A stretch of 64,000 bases of DNA from a virus: the IMG/VR virus record IMGVR_UViG_3300037439_000038, positions 3,944-67,943 of that record; one strand, written 5' to 3'. Positions 34,531 through 45,046 of this stretch are shown here, piece by piece. The notes below the pieces were generated by a model. It was given only the letters and a program-made list of their open reading frames with translations. It did not search any database and had not been told where the DNA came from. How positions within the stretch are numbered: the stretch's first letter is position 1; each line of letters starts with the position of its first letter. The position numbers and the translations under genes are program-made.

Positions 34531-35783
34531 GATGGCACGTATTCAATTGGATCATAATTAAATGCACCCTCTGCCATAAGATTTAGCTGCACTTTGTTAG
34601 TTTTTTCATCCCAGACCATAGCCATAATTTTATGCTTTTGATTGATATCTGGACCCCAAGCTGTTGGACCCTGAACGCGCACAAGATCTCCCACATCAAA
34701 TGAACCAAACGGAGCATTGAAATGATATGGTTCAATAACAATTGATTCAAACTGACGAGGAAACTGCCTGCGACTTAGTTTTCTTCGCGCCCATGCTGCC
34801 GCACGTTCGTTTGAATCAACATGCAAATCAACCTCATCTAACACGCGGCGGTATCTATCAGGATCAGCATTTTCTAGAGTATGTGAATAGACTTTCCCAG
34901 GAAAATAACCGTTAATAGTGATATCAGAAATCCACTCAACTTCTGATTCTTGTTTGTGAGTTGCTGCAATTACATTTTCTCCCATTCGAAAAACTAAATC
35001 AGTTTGATCAACTCCCCCTTGGGGATAGGCAAGTCGAATCTTCTTGGCAATTGCGGTCTTTGCCTCATTAAAAGTAGATTCTTCCCAGTAATCAAAAGGA
35101 ATATCACGAGCCAACCGATTGATGTAGTCTCCGCAATCATTTCTATCAACTGCCCTAATGAAGATAGCAAAGAAATCTTGCACGAATTCTTCGTTGTTGA
35201 ATGAAAATCCTGGCAGCATTTGAGTTCCAGAATCAGTGGGATATACGGTAACTCCCAAGTCTCCGTTGACAAACGGAATACTTCCAGATGCAGAACCATG
35301 CTGTATGTGATCCCAAATACGATCAACAATTTCAAACGGATCAACAGCAATAGGATTCCAATTCTGAAGCCACGGAATACCTTTCGGATAATCTGCAAAT
35401 CCTTGAGCACGAACAGTCATGATCCCAGATTCAGGATCTATTTCTGATGGCTGGAAAATTCCACTAGCCCAAATCTTTTGCTCACCATCTAAGCCCATCT
35501 TCACTGCATGAATCCAATGACCCCAAGGCTTGAATTGAATTGGACCAGAGCCATCAGGCATTTGAACACTTGGCTCTTTAGGATGAATTTTAAACTCAAT
35601 CTGGCAGGGACCAGCCAACATTCGAGTGATGTTAGCCTCTTGAACAATTAAGTCTCTGGCTAAGATTTCTCCATGAATATCTTCCACCAAAAAATGAAAA
35701 CGGTCATAATAAGCCGAAGTTGGTGGAGTAGGCCGAGTTTCAGAATCAAACTCAGCCGGAAAGGAAAAATCAAATGCTGTCAT
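34527..35783 (-). CDS. minor tail protein (baseplate hub/Tal-like)
   Basis: position after distal tail protein; FGSFDVGDLVRV-type C-terminus. Confidence 0.78.
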   Translation of the reverse strand: MTAFDFSFPAEFDSETRPTPPTSAYYDRFHFLVEDIHGEILARDLIVQEANITRMLAGPCQIEFKIHPKEPSVQMPDGSGPIQFKPWGHWIHAVKMGLDGEQKIWASGIFQPSEIDPESGIMTVRAQGFADYPKGIPWLQNWNPIAVDPFEIVDRIWDHIQHGSASGSIPFVNGDLGVTVYPTDSGTQMLPGFSFNNEEFVQDFFAIFIRAVDRNDCGDYINRLARDIPFDYWEESTFNEAKTAIAKKIRLAYPQGGVDQTDLVFRMGENVIAATHKQESEVEWISDITINGYFPGKVYSHTLENADPDRYRRVLDEVDLHVDSNERAAAWARRKLSRRQFPRQFESIVIEPYHFNAPFGSFDVGDLVRVQGPTAWGPDINQKHKIMAMVWDEKTNKVQLNLMAEGAFNYDPIEYVPS

Positions 35784-36215
35784 TTATGTCCAGGCCCAAC
35801 CGCTCCAAGTGCCTTCCCAGCGTCTACGCTGAGCACCTTTAGTGTTTCCATCCATTGACCAAAAACGTTGAAAGATAACAAGATTGCCAGACAATTGACA
35901 AGTTACAATCATAATAAACACTGGACCGCTATTACCTGGCACATTGTAGGTATTTGGATCTGGGGCATCTCCGTTTAAAAAAGAACCACCAATCCAGAAA
36001 AATCCTGGCGTAACAAGACTATTGAAATCAACTGGATCAGTAATCTGTGGAACCGCTAAATCAACAGTTGAGATAGAAGAAAGTAAAGCAGTTAAAGCAG
36101 CATCTTGCTCTACATCCTTAACCTCTTGTTCTTCCAGTTCATTTGAAGCAGCCGTCCATTCAGCAGAGGTTAGCTGATCACCCGTTGATTTCGGCTTAGG
36201 TACATAATCAGGCAT
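35784..36215 (-). CDS. minor tail-associated protein
   Basis: K..GDQLTSAEW N-terminus and pyocin-knob-like C-terminal domain (FNSLVTPGFFW...IFQRFW). Confidence 0.55.
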   Translation of the reverse strand: MPDYVPKPKSTGDQLTSAEWTAASNELEEQEVKDVEQDAALTALLSSISTVDLAVPQITDPVDFNSLVTPGFFWIGGSFLNGDAPDPNTYNVPGNSGPVFIMIVTCQLSGNLVIFQRFWSMDGNTKGAQRRRWEGTWSGWAWT

Positions 36216-36223
36216 TTTTACTC

Positions 36224-37096
36224 CTAATCCAAAAGCTGGTATGCGTCATGCCAATACACGCGCATCTTAGAATTTGAAGTGATAGCTCCACTTGAACTCC
36301 AATAGATTTCAATAGGTGCATGATCATAGATTTTAACCTTCTCTAGATAAGTATCTGTTTTTGCAGCTAGAGAAAGCCCGTCGCTATTAATGATTCGTCT
36401 ACCTAACCAAGGATAGCTAGTTAACTCAACCAATTCATCTGCAGCCAATGTCCAATCTAATGCGATTTGACTTGTTCCAAAATGGATTACGGGGTTTGTC
36501 ATTGGTCCCCACATAATCACCCGAATCCAGCTTGGCGCATTTCCTCGTGTAAGAAAAAAGTTGGCAGGAGTATCTGGAAGATCAAGGTTTGCATAGTATT
36601 CCGTTTCAGAATATGCAAAAGTATCAGATCGTCTAAACTCAGCAGTGATATTGTAATAAGCACTATCAACTAGTCTATGAAGTGTATATCCGAACTTTCC
36701 AGGGCGACCAAAAAACATCTTTGTAACGCCGTCTCCACCACGGAAATACAAAGGTTTAATCTGGTTCCATTCAGAGAAGATATCTTCGGCTCGCCACTCC
36801 CGCTGGATATCGCCGAGTTGAGGATCATTATCAAAATTCAATATTTTACTTGAACCCATAAGTCCTGCAACGTTTTCCAGAATCTTATTCTTTGTCAAGT
36901 GAATAGTCATCTGGATTGGTGTGGGCTTAAGAGTATCCTGACCGAACCTAAGTTCGTTACTTGATTGTGCTTGATAGTCTTGAACATTCACATCATAGTT
37001 ACCAATATCCAAAGATTCCACCTTGAACATGGTGTGACGACCCATGATTAGATCACCAATTTGAAACTGCCCTATTTCAAGATTTCTACTGGGCAT
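36224..37096 (-). CDS. distal tail protein (Dit-like)
   Basis: immediately follows tape measure; start MPSRN overlaps the TMP end. Confidence 0.75.
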   Translation of the reverse strand: MPSRNLEIGQFQIGDLIMGRHTMFKVESLDIGNYDVNVQDYQAQSSNELRFGQDTLKPTPIQMTIHLTKNKILENVAGLMGSSKILNFDNDPQLGDIQREWRAEDIFSEWNQIKPLYFRGGDGVTKMFFGRPGKFGYTLHRLVDSAYYNITAEFRRSDTFAYSETEYYANLDLPDTPANFFLTRGNAPSWIRVIMWGPMTNPVIHFGTSQIALDWTLAADELVELTSYPWLGRRIINSDGLSLAAKTDTYLEKVKIYDHAPIEIYWSSSGAITSNSKMRVYWHDAYQLLD

Positions 37097-40000
37097 ATCC
37101 GAATGCCCCCAATCCAGCAGACTTAATAGTAAACATTGCATCATCCATTGTATCTCGTGGATCTTGGCCTGGCCCTTGATAAATCACGAAGCTATTAGCC
37201 ACGGCGGGTCTGTCGGGATAATCCTTTCCAAGTGCTCTTGGAAGTGTGTTGAAAACATTCTTCATTTGCGGATTTTCAGAAGTGTAAGCTTGAAGCTGTC
37301 CTGTCGTTTCATCAAGCAAAAACTTCATATCCTGAGCACCGGGGAATCCTAGCCAACTAGTAAGAAATCGACCAAGATACTTAGTGGCAATTCTGTATCC
37401 CTCTTGAGCTACATCTATTCCGGTATTTACTGCTGTAATCACTTGTGAGACAAGCTGTAACATTCCCCCAGCAGCAGAGGTAGCTCCAAAATCTGATCCA
37501 CCCGTGAATTGTCCTGCAAATGAAGCGATTCCACCAGCAGCTTGGAAAGCTTTTGCAAAGAAATCTAATCCAGTTTGGAAGTTATCAATTAGATTCATGA
37601 TATCTTGAGTGTTAGAAACACCGCGAACTAAAGTACCTGTTGTATCCTTCAGTGCCCCAATATATTTGATTCCAGCATCTATCGTTGCGAAAATATCACT
37701 AGCGATACCAGAGACACCGTTAGCAAGTGTAGTAGCTTGATCAATAGCATTTGGACCTTCTTTAAGTCCAAACTGACCCATCACCTGAGAACGACTCTGC
37801 CCCAAAGCATCTACAAGAGGTTGATTACCTTGCTTTTCTGCATCGATAATTCGACTATCGATGTCTTGCAACCACTTAACAGCCCCCTCTTGATCTTGAG
37901 GCATTTGTCCCAAAAGATCGCGTTGGTTCTCCAATCCTGGCGGGAGTCCAGGCAAACCGTTTTGACCCCAAGGATTAATTTGCTGAATTTGACTGTTAGG
38001 CAATGAAACTGGCACCGTTCCTGGTGGTTGACCGGCTCGGTTGCCGTGCTGGTTTGCCTGCCCCCACTGCTGCCACACATCGCCCGTTAGCCCGCCTGGT
38101 TGAGGCGTAGCAGGGAGATTTCCTAGGATGCTAGCCACTGACCCACCAGGGCCGGAGAAATTAGCCTGAGCGCCTTTATCAAAATGCACGTCTACATGAT
38201 TGAAGTGCCCACCAGCCTCAAATCCAACGCCTTCCTGACCAGGATAGCGACCTTGGTTGCGCCAGATTGAATACTTAACTCCTAGTTGAGGTCCGAATTG
38301 TTGGAAGAAAGAATTGATCTCATCGCCAAGGCCCATTTGATCAGGACTAATCGGAATGTCAATAGATAGACCAGCGTCGTGAGTATTTGGTGCAGTACCC
38401 GTATCTCGACTACCTCCGATAGTTCCACGAATCTGTTCACCCCAGATTTGTTGAACAAAAGTTGCGGCTTGTCGGGAAAGTGCCCCAGAGGGAATAGAAC
38501 CTGTATCTTTAAGAATTGACGGAGAAGAGACGGCATTACTTATGGCAGAAGTAAATTGAGCAGAGAAAGAATTAAGATACTGTTGTGCAGCTTCTTCTGC
38601 TCTCTGACGATGACCCACATTTGATGGATGAAGTGGTCCACCAATTGAAACTTGAGTTCCTAATTGCGTTGGGTCAGTAAAGGATTCAGGTGTTAAACCA
38701 CGTTCTCTAGCTAAATCGAAATAAGCATCAATGTTGTCTTGAGCATTTGTGATAGAACCAGGTCTATTGCCCCAAGTGCCAGGAGTGAATTGGAATACTC
38801 CCCTAACATCACCTGATCCATCCTGATTACCGCCATTTGCAAGAGGATTGAGACCACTTTCGCCAACAGCTTGAATAACAAACTGATTAGCTTGCTCTCT
38901 TGTATATCCAAGAGACATAGCTTTTTGAATAATATAATTAGCAGTTTGTTGCTTACCAGGATTTGCATCCAAAGCACTTGGCGCAGCACCTCTTCCGGTT
39001 GGAGAACCAAAAGTAGTATTTTGAAGCAAAGTTGGATTCCAACTACCAAGAGCAGAACCACCAGGCTTAAAATTAGGATCTTGCTCATATGATTTCGGGA
39101 AAAGACGACCGCCGCTGAAATCATTTGCAAGAGTTGCAACACTGATACCAATATCGAAGAGTTGCTTACCAAAATCAAAAATTGATTTACCAAAGTCTGA
39201 AAGTTCTTGAAGATCTTTGACCATAGTTTCCACTTGATCAAACAGGGGAGTTGAGGCACCACCTGCCATAGCAGAAACAGCACCTTTAGCTGTCCCTGTT
39301 TCAGAAGCTATACCTTCTGCAAAAGCTTTCGTAAAAGCCTTACCACGGTACAGAGTCCAGCCCTTACCAGATAAAGGACCGTATTTAGCTGGCGACCCTG
39401 GCATTCCCCCTGCAGCTATTTCAGCTAATCTAAGTATTGCATTACGAACTTCTTCGCTACTTGAATTAATACCCTCTGCAAAGGCTTCCGACAAAGACTT
39501 TCCAGAAGCTTCCGCGTTTGAGATATAAGTCTGCAGAAGCGATTGCACCTGGGGGTCAAGTGAACTAGCATCTTTAGCTATAAAATCTTTAATTTGTTGA
39601 TCTGTGGCATTTTTCAATGAGTCTGGAAGCGTGAATTGTGTACTGCTACTTCCACTTCCGGGAGATGGTAAGCCTAGATCCCTTGTGGGATTGAAATCTC
39701 TATACCAAGGAACTGTTGAATTAGGAGCAGTAGAAGTACCTGAGACAGGAGGTAATCCAAGTATAGGCTTTGGGGCACCTGGTTGATTGAAAAACGACCC
39801 TTGGCTAGTAATGCTACTACCAGCAGAAGCACCAGGTAAACCCGAAACATCAAGTGTTGTAGGAATTTTCAAAGTAGAACCAGGACCACCAGTAATTTCA
39901 TTAATGATATCTTCTTTGGTGGTCATCAAATCAAGAACTGAATTTAGCTTAGCAGGATCATCTGCAAAAGTTTGTTCAATGATTGTCTTGGGATCAGCAC

Positions 40001-42335
40001 CACTAAATTGGGCCTCAAATCCGGCTTGACCTGTGCCACCTGGTGAAAGATACTTGTTGATAACATCATCGGCTTCTTTACCGAGAATTTGATAATCTTG
40101 TAAAATAAATCGAAGTTGCTCAGCAGATCGACCAAAAACCTCGCCAGCAGGAACTTCACCGGAAGCTGCTAAAGTAAACATCGATTCTTGAATCTGTTGA
40201 ATTTTTTCAAACAGATCAGTAGCATTAGTTCCGGCAGAGGTATTAATTGATCCATCGAGATTAAGTAACGATTTTCCAACATTACCCAAAGGATCAGGCA
40301 AATCCCTTGCGTAACTTGTCATTTCATCAAACTGCTTGTTGTATTCAGCAAGTGCATTACCGCCAGGCAGTAATCCAAGTTTTTGAAGAGAAGTAATCAA
40401 AGCATTGGCCTTTGTTGAGGCATCAATGGTTTGATCGCTCATATTTTCTAGAGCTTCTTCATAGCTCTCCGCAGCACGCCCGCCGTTGTCGTATTCGGCG
40501 CGCAATTGCTCTAAGGTGTCGATCAATTCCCTTGGAGCGTTTTTGTTTTCAAGCTGTTCAATTAAATCTTGGAATTCCTGAACAGTGCCAGTAATTGATT
40601 TACTAACTGAATCTGCTTTAATACCAAGAACTTCCAAAGCCTCAGACAATGTCTGCATGGGAGGACTAGCATTTTCTGCCCCTGATCCCAGATTGTCTAG
40701 GGAAGTGTTTGCAGTCCTTGCCTTTTCAGCCAACTCTTCAAGCTTTTGCCAACCCTTGTCGAGTGTTTGCTCAAAACCATAAACTGATTCGCTAGCCTGA
40801 TTTAGGCTCTTGGCCTGATCACTGAAGTTCAATACGCTAGCTATTGTTCCAGCAGCTTTAAGTACTCCACCTAAAACATCGCTAACAATCTGACCATAAG
40901 TGAGGGTAGCTTTTCCAATGAACACCCAAAAATCAACGATGCCATCTCTGTTATCAGCAAGCCATCCTTCAAACTCCTTCAGCTTGTTAGTCAAGCCCTG
41001 AATAATCTGAGCCATTGTAGAAGCTTCGCCGCTTGCTTGACCAAACAAAGGTGCCAAAAGCATTGCGCCAATACGACTTACAGAGGCCATTAAGTTGCTG
41101 AATGATCCACCAACGGTGTTGCCCATAATTCTAGCAGCTTCACCGTTTTTACTCATAGCATTAACAAAGCGGTCAAAGCTCACTTCGGAATTGGAAACCA
41201 TTTCCTGAGCTTTTTGTTGCGTTACACCATATTCATCTGCAAGCAGTTGCAACACAGGAACATTGCGAGCATACAAAGATTGCAGGATATCTCCGGTAAG
41301 CTTTCCTTGTACCTTGGCCTCAGAGAACTGGTAGCCCAAGTCCTCCATTGAAACCCCTGCTAATGCAGCGGTATTTGAAACAGCAGCAAGATATTTGTCT
41401 AGTTCTTGACCTGGTTTAACACCAGATGAAATTGCATTGGCTGCAGTATTGAAAGCTGCATCCAAACCAAAAGCAGTACCCTCTACTGACTTTAGGGCAG
41501 ACTGGCTAATTGCTGCAATTTCTTCAGATGACTTACCCAAAGCTGAAAGTTTAACTGCAGCTTGATCTAGACCTTGTAAACGCGAAAAGCCTTTGGTAAG
41601 AACAACGCTGAGTGCTGTTACCGGAATTAGCGCACCGGCAGCAATTGCTCCAACTGGTCCTGCACGACCAAGCATTGCTAAACCGCCACCGGCAGCAGCT
41701 AATCCACCTGCACCGCTGCCGCGACTACCAGTTTGAGTAGCTTGCTGAATCTGACCAGTATCAACATTTGATGGTTCAACACGAATCGGTGCTCTAACGG
41801 TAACTTGTCTGATTTGTGTTGCACGAATAGCGTTTTCAATAGCACCAATATCAACTGAAACATCTGTTGCTTCAACAGCAATTTGTGAACGCATCTTGAT
41901 TTTATGCTGAGATTGCGTTCTGGAAAATGTATCAATAGCTCTAGTGATTGAGCCTTTATCAATATCTACTTTAGAAGCCGTAACATTAACTGGCGCATTG
42001 ACTTTGATTGTCTGCTTTTTATTGTGCTTAAAAGCATCAATAGCCTTGGTAATAGCCCCGCTGTCAAGTTCAACTTTAGATGGCGAAATATTGATAGGTG
42101 CTTTTACATGCACACCTTTTTCAAGAGTTCTAAGCGCAGCCTGAGTTGAAGCAACAATTTGAGATTGAGCTTTTGAAACTTGTTTGGCACTGGAAGTAGC
42201 AGCACTCCCGGCATGAACTAGCGAACTTTCAAGTGACTCAACGGTTTTTACAGCTCTAGCCGCACCAGATGATTCGTATTCAATACGAACTTTGCCAAAT
42301 GCGGTTCCAACATTGGAGCCACCAGGAGTTGTCAT
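37086..42335 (-). CDS. tape measure protein with lysozyme-like and peptidase domains
   Basis: 1749 aa Ala/Gly-rich; ESGLNP..GVFQFTPGTW transglycosylase-like motif; HDAGLSID...HFNHVDV peptidase motif. Confidence 0.95.
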   Translation of the reverse strand: MTTPGGSNVGTAFGKVRIEYESSGAARAVKTVESLESSLVHAGSAATSSAKQVSKAQSQIVASTQAALRTLEKGVHVKAPINISPSKVELDSGAITKAIDAFKHNKKQTIKVNAPVNVTASKVDIDKGSITRAIDTFSRTQSQHKIKMRSQIAVEATDVSVDIGAIENAIRATQIRQVTVRAPIRVEPSNVDTGQIQQATQTGSRGSGAGGLAAAGGGLAMLGRAGPVGAIAAGALIPVTALSVVLTKGFSRLQGLDQAAVKLSALGKSSEEIAAISQSALKSVEGTAFGLDAAFNTAANAISSGVKPGQELDKYLAAVSNTAALAGVSMEDLGYQFSEAKVQGKLTGDILQSLYARNVPVLQLLADEYGVTQQKAQEMVSNSEVSFDRFVNAMSKNGEAARIMGNTVGGSFSNLMASVSRIGAMLLAPLFGQASGEASTMAQIIQGLTNKLKEFEGWLADNRDGIVDFWVFIGKATLTYGQIVSDVLGGVLKAAGTIASVLNFSDQAKSLNQASESVYGFEQTLDKGWQKLEELAEKARTANTSLDNLGSGAENASPPMQTLSEALEVLGIKADSVSKSITGTVQEFQDLIEQLENKNAPRELIDTLEQLRAEYDNGGRAAESYEEALENMSDQTIDASTKANALITSLQKLGLLPGGNALAEYNKQFDEMTSYARDLPDPLGNVGKSLLNLDGSINTSAGTNATDLFEKIQQIQESMFTLAASGEVPAGEVFGRSAEQLRFILQDYQILGKEADDVINKYLSPGGTGQAGFEAQFSGADPKTIIEQTFADDPAKLNSVLDLMTTKEDIINEITGGPGSTLKIPTTLDVSGLPGASAGSSITSQGSFFNQPGAPKPILGLPPVSGTSTAPNSTVPWYRDFNPTRDLGLPSPGSGSSSTQFTLPDSLKNATDQQIKDFIAKDASSLDPQVQSLLQTYISNAEASGKSLSEAFAEGINSSSEEVRNAILRLAEIAAGGMPGSPAKYGPLSGKGWTLYRGKAFTKAFAEGIASETGTAKGAVSAMAGGASTPLFDQVETMVKDLQELSDFGKSIFDFGKQLFDIGISVATLANDFSGGRLFPKSYEQDPNFKPGGSALGSWNPTLLQNTTFGSPTGRGAAPSALDANPGKQQTANYIIQKAMSLGYTREQANQFVIQAVGESGLNPLANGGNQDGSGDVRGVFQFTPGTWGNRPGSITNAQDNIDAYFDLARERGLTPESFTDPTQLGTQVSIGGPLHPSNVGHRQRAEEAAQQYLNSFSAQFTSAISNAVSSPSILKDTGSIPSGALSRQAATFVQQIWGEQIRGTIGGSRDTGTAPNTHDAGLSIDIPISPDQMGLGDEINSFFQQFGPQLGVKYSIWRNQGRYPGQEGVGFEAGGHFNHVDVHFDKGAQANFSGPGGSVASILGNLPATPQPGGLTGDVWQQWGQANQHGNRAGQPPGTVPVSLPNSQIQQINPWGQNGLPGLPPGLENQRDLLGQMPQDQEGAVKWLQDIDSRIIDAEKQGNQPLVDALGQSRSQVMGQFGLKEGPNAIDQATTLANGVSGIASDIFATIDAGIKYIGALKDTTGTLVRGVSNTQDIMNLIDNFQTGLDFFAKAFQAAGGIASFAGQFTGGSDFGATSAAGGMLQLVSQVITAVNTGIDVAQEGYRIATKYLGRFLTSWLGFPGAQDMKFLLDETTGQLQAYTSENPQMKNVFNTLPRALGKDYPDRPAVANSFVIYQGPGQDPRDTMDDAMFTIKSAGLGAFGYAQ

Positions 42336-42721
42336 CGTCTTTTGAACTCCTCAAGTCTGCGAGGCTTTCTTGCAGCTCTCATGAATTCTCTTGGGGGAGC
42401 TTCTGTTTGACCATCTTTCCCACCGGGAGTTGTAGGAGCTGCAAAAGCTTGTGCAGAAGAGAGGCCCATTAATTTATTGTAAGCCAGAATCCTTGCGGAC
42501 TGAATAAAGCCTGATGGGTTGCCTTTCATCTTTCGAGTTTGGTTCACCGCCAACGCCTCCGCTTCATTCACTCTCCGGTCTACAAAATTAGCCCAATTTC
42601 GTAATCCTCTATCAAGATAGAAAGCTGTTGTAGGCCAAGTGATTCCAAATCTTTCACTCGGTCTTATCCCCAGATCCTTCGACTCCTGCCACAGCTTGTA
42701 CGCTAACTGTCGATCCTTCGC
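42332..42721 (-). CDS. tail assembly chaperone, frameshift extension (gpT-like)
   Basis: frame open upstream of the 42571 start: AKDRQLAYKLWQESKDLGIRPSERFGITWPTTAFYLDRGL..., with no ATG in that stretch; +1 relative to the upstream chaperone. Confidence 0.75.
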   Translation of the reverse strand, partial: AKDRQLAYKLWQESKDLGIRPSERFGITWPTTAFYLDRGLRNWANFVDRRVNEAEALAVNQTRKMKGNPSGFIQSARILAYNKLMGLSSAQAFAAPTTPGGKDGQTEAPPREFMRAARKPRRLEEFKRR

Positions 42722-43448
42722 GAAATGGCTCGATAAACCTCAAGGGTTTATTTAGCTCCTGAAATAGATGCAATCTATCATTGAAATCAGCATATCCTGA
42801 ATAACTTTCAGTACCATCTTCTGTAAGATAAGGAATTGGCTTTTTAAAGTACTCAAGCTGCTCATCTGGAGTTAGTTGGTAACCAAACTTCATTACCTTC
42901 TTTTCCCCTACCTCAAGAATTGCCACACCATCATGAACAACCTTTGGCTTTAGATGTGCTGCCTCCATTAGCTTTCCGGTCATATCATAAAAGCGCTGAC
43001 GCTTTTTAGGATCTTTGAGAGCTTGGAAGATATTTTCCTTATCTTCTTCCTTCTCAATTGGATTTCCACTGTCATCAAATTCTCTTGGGAACAAGCGTCG
43101 AGTAAAAAAGTCCAATTCTTCAATTAGATCAAACTCAACCAAATCCAAAGTATCCAAATGCTTTACAAGTGCAATTTGACCACTGGGATATTCAATCTTG
43201 AATTTGACAATATTTCGCGGTGCCCAAGCTTCTTGATTAACCTTGAACATATCTGTAACTGCTTGTGCTACAGCATTATTCAAAGCAGTCTCATGCATCT
43301 CTTTGGAAATAACTTCAGTTGGTTTAGGCTCACCAGGTGAATACTGGCTAGGTTGCGGAATAGAAAGAGTTTCACCTGACGAGTGCTCCTGTGTCCCAAC
43401 AGGATTCATAGTCTGCACATCGCCAGGGTCAACATTCGGATAGGACAT
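42654..43448 (-). CDS. tail assembly chaperone (gpG-like)
   Basis: between major tail and tape measure genes. Confidence 0.8.
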   Translation of the reverse strand: MSYPNVDPGDVQTMNPVGTQEHSSGETLSIPQPSQYSPGEPKPTEVISKEMHETALNNAVAQAVTDMFKVNQEAWAPRNIVKFKIEYPSGQIALVKHLDTLDLVEFDLIEELDFFTRRLFPREFDDSGNPIEKEEDKENIFQALKDPKKRQRFYDMTGKLMEAAHLKPKVVHDGVAILEVGEKKVMKFGYQLTPDEQLEYFKKPIPYLTEDGTESYSGYADFNDRLHLFQELNKPLRFIEPFREGSTVSVQAVAGVEGSGDKTE

Positions 43449-43482
43449 TTAACATTCCTCTCTCGGAATTTTGTTTGTTCAA

Positions 43483-44319
43483 TTACGGAGTGGTAAACTC
43501 TACCGGAGTTCCGTAGGTTCCAACATCTGTACCAATCTTGCCTGCCACACGAACCAAATAATCAGTGGCAGTAACCAATCCAGTCAAGTTTGCAACAGGA
43601 TCAGTAACCTCAACTGCAGTCTCCCATGTTACCCCTGCATCATCGGAAGTCTGGTACATATACGCAGTATATGTAGAAACAGGCTCCCAAATAACCTTTG
43701 CAGTAGTAGCCGAAAGTGGCACTGCATAAACGTTCTTCGGTGCAACAATCGGAATAGGAGTAGATTCCAATGCCAAGAAGGTACGTGATTCATGTTGCAC
43801 GAAATCGTAGAGAAGTTTCGTGCCAGGAATAGCCATACCAATTCCATCAGCACTAGTGACAAAGAACGTTCCTTCACCAAACTGACCGGAAATATCACCA
43901 TTGCACTTAGCGCGATAGACATATCCGACGGTATCCCCGCCGTTGTCGTTCATCGCCAATCCAACAACCTGGAAATAAGGACGTGCATCATCAGAGCACT
44001 TGCGAAGCGTGATGGTACGATTCGGAGCAGCGCCAGATTCAATGATTTGACCACCAGTAAAGATTGCCCATGCAGCTAGAGAAATACCACCAGCTTCAAG
44101 GGTCCAGTTTACTTGTGCCCCATTGCCATGGGAAGCCAAAAGCGCATCATCACCACGAAGATCGGTGAAATCCTCTGAATCAGCGAATGAAAACGTTTGT
44201 GCGGCAGGCAAATCAATGCCCTCATCTGCAAGGACAGTTCCCTCTTGATCAAGGAACGGGTAGATCTTTACATCATTCAGTCCAAAAGGGTACTTAGCAG
44301 GACTCATTGGTGCGGTCAT
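43483..44319 (-). CDS. major tail protein with C-terminal FN3/Ig-like domain
   Basis: PFGLNDVKI, LRGDD, YRAK tail-tube motifs; PKNV..VP..TTAKVIWEPV..Y.VRVAG FN3 pattern. Confidence 0.9.
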   Translation of the reverse strand: MTAPMSPAKYPFGLNDVKIYPFLDQEGTVLADEGIDLPAAQTFSFADSEDFTDLRGDDALLASHGNGAQVNWTLEAGGISLAAWAIFTGGQIIESGAAPNRTITLRKCSDDARPYFQVVGLAMNDNGGDTVGYVYRAKCNGDISGQFGEGTFFVTSADGIGMAIPGTKLLYDFVQHESRTFLALESTPIPIVAPKNVYAVPLSATTAKVIWEPVSTYTAYMYQTSDDAGVTWETAVEVTDPVANLTGLVTATDYLVRVAGKIGTDVGTYGTPVEFTTP

Positions 44320-44546
44320 TATTCATTCACCTTTCGTCGATTAGGTGGTTCGCGGAACTTTTTTGTGTGATCTAACTCGCCTGTTTCGACGTTAAAGTAA
44401 TGCAGGACAACAATTCCCGCACCGCGATCTGCGCACCATTTATCCTTGCAACGAACCTCAAGTAATCTTTTTCCATCAGGATAATCTTTGAGGATACCTT
44501 GCAATTTACTCCGACACCGAAGTTGAATAGGTGCGACAGCAGTCAT
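44319..44546 (-). CDS. Com-like zinc-finger protein
   Basis: LRCRSKLQG...LLEVRCKDKWC resembles the Mu Com zinc finger. Confidence 0.55.
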   Translation of the reverse strand: MTAVAPIQLRCRSKLQGILKDYPDGKRLLEVRCKDKWCADRGAGIVVLHYFNVETGELDHTKKFREPPNRRKVNE

Positions 44547-45046
44547 TATTTAGTTGTTGCCTCTGCGTCTACAGTCACAAGTTCAAAGCGACCGTCTATG
44601 CGGAGAAGATACTGTAGTTGATGCTCATTGAAGAGTGAACGAGGAATTCGCTTGTGATTCAGGTAATTCCATTCATGGTACCAATCATCTGATACCTCAA
44701 CACCTTCCACACCTTTTAGCGCATCGCGCCAAGCATCAGGAGTCATAGTGCGAACGGTACCAACACCATTGTATTGAATGTATTGATTCTTGGGATCTTC
44801 CATCTTGCGATCGTCAAGTTCCATCGGCGAATTGCCTTCTGATAGAACAACATTGGTGCCAAAAGCTTCATCAGCACCGTGCTTTGGATCAGATCCCTTT
44901 TTGTCCTCCGTGCCGCCCGTATCGATTTGCTCAGGCGGGGTTTCATTCCCGAATACATTACCCTCTGGCATTTCTTCTCCTATCTCAACTCTTGACGGAA
45001 AATAGTTGGTACTCAGCATTTTTCGTGATAGTTCCAAATCCATCAT
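44546..45046 (-). CDS. hypothetical virion-module protein
   Basis: ORF between terminator-like and Com-like genes; start uncertain. Confidence 0.55.
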   Translation of the reverse strand: MMDLELSRKMLSTNYFPSRVEIGEEMPEGNVFGNETPPEQIDTGGTEDKKGSDPKHGADEAFGTNVVLSEGNSPMELDDRKMEDPKNQYIQYNGVGTVRTMTPDAWRDALKGVEGVEVSDDWYHEWNYLNHKRIPRSLFNEHQLQYLLRIDGRFELVTVDAEATTK

